From Octopus vulgaris (Eukaryota), in contig OX597826.1 of assembly GCA_951406725.2 (NCBI GenBank), positions 39,122,001-39,186,000 of the forward strand: DNA of 64,000 nt. The letters are read 5' to 3'. The first letter of the stretch is position 1, and the number at the start of each line of letters is the position of its first letter. Positions 63,987 through 64,000 of the stretch are shown here, piece after piece. The notes under the pieces were generated by a model. The model worked only from the letters and a program-made list of their open reading frames with translations, searched no databases and was not told the origin of the DNA. The translations under genes were made by a program, and so were the position numbers.

Positions 63987-64000
63987 GGGAAGCTTTATGA

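Overview
This is AT-rich, microsatellite-dense animal genomic DNA. The SINE and RTE families strongly resemble those of Octopus (coleoid cephalopod); this is recognition by eye, not a database result. No intact host gene is visible, only one possible 40-bp micro-exon and a CpG-richer unique stretch. Most of the window is nested mobile-element remnants. Retroelements: about ten RTE-clade LINE copies (one near-full-length but pseudogenised at 56347-60043, with a PHD finger inserted in its RT), four tRNA-derived SINE families, and Hero, R4/Dong, Tx1-like and Penelope-like remnants. DNA transposons: Tc1, mariner, DD41D, an intron-bearing Tigger/pogo element and MITEs. The most notable signal not shown by the ORF track is a set of type I hammerhead ribozyme motifs in the last 26 kb. 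Five have complete or near-complete cores (38494, 51561, 54075, 62277, 62862), two are degenerate and two are half-motifs. They lie in short modules next to (TA)n tracts, with inverted or tandem duplications, as expected for Penelope pLTRs or retrozymes. All alignments and folds were done by eye, and boundaries of old elements are approximate.
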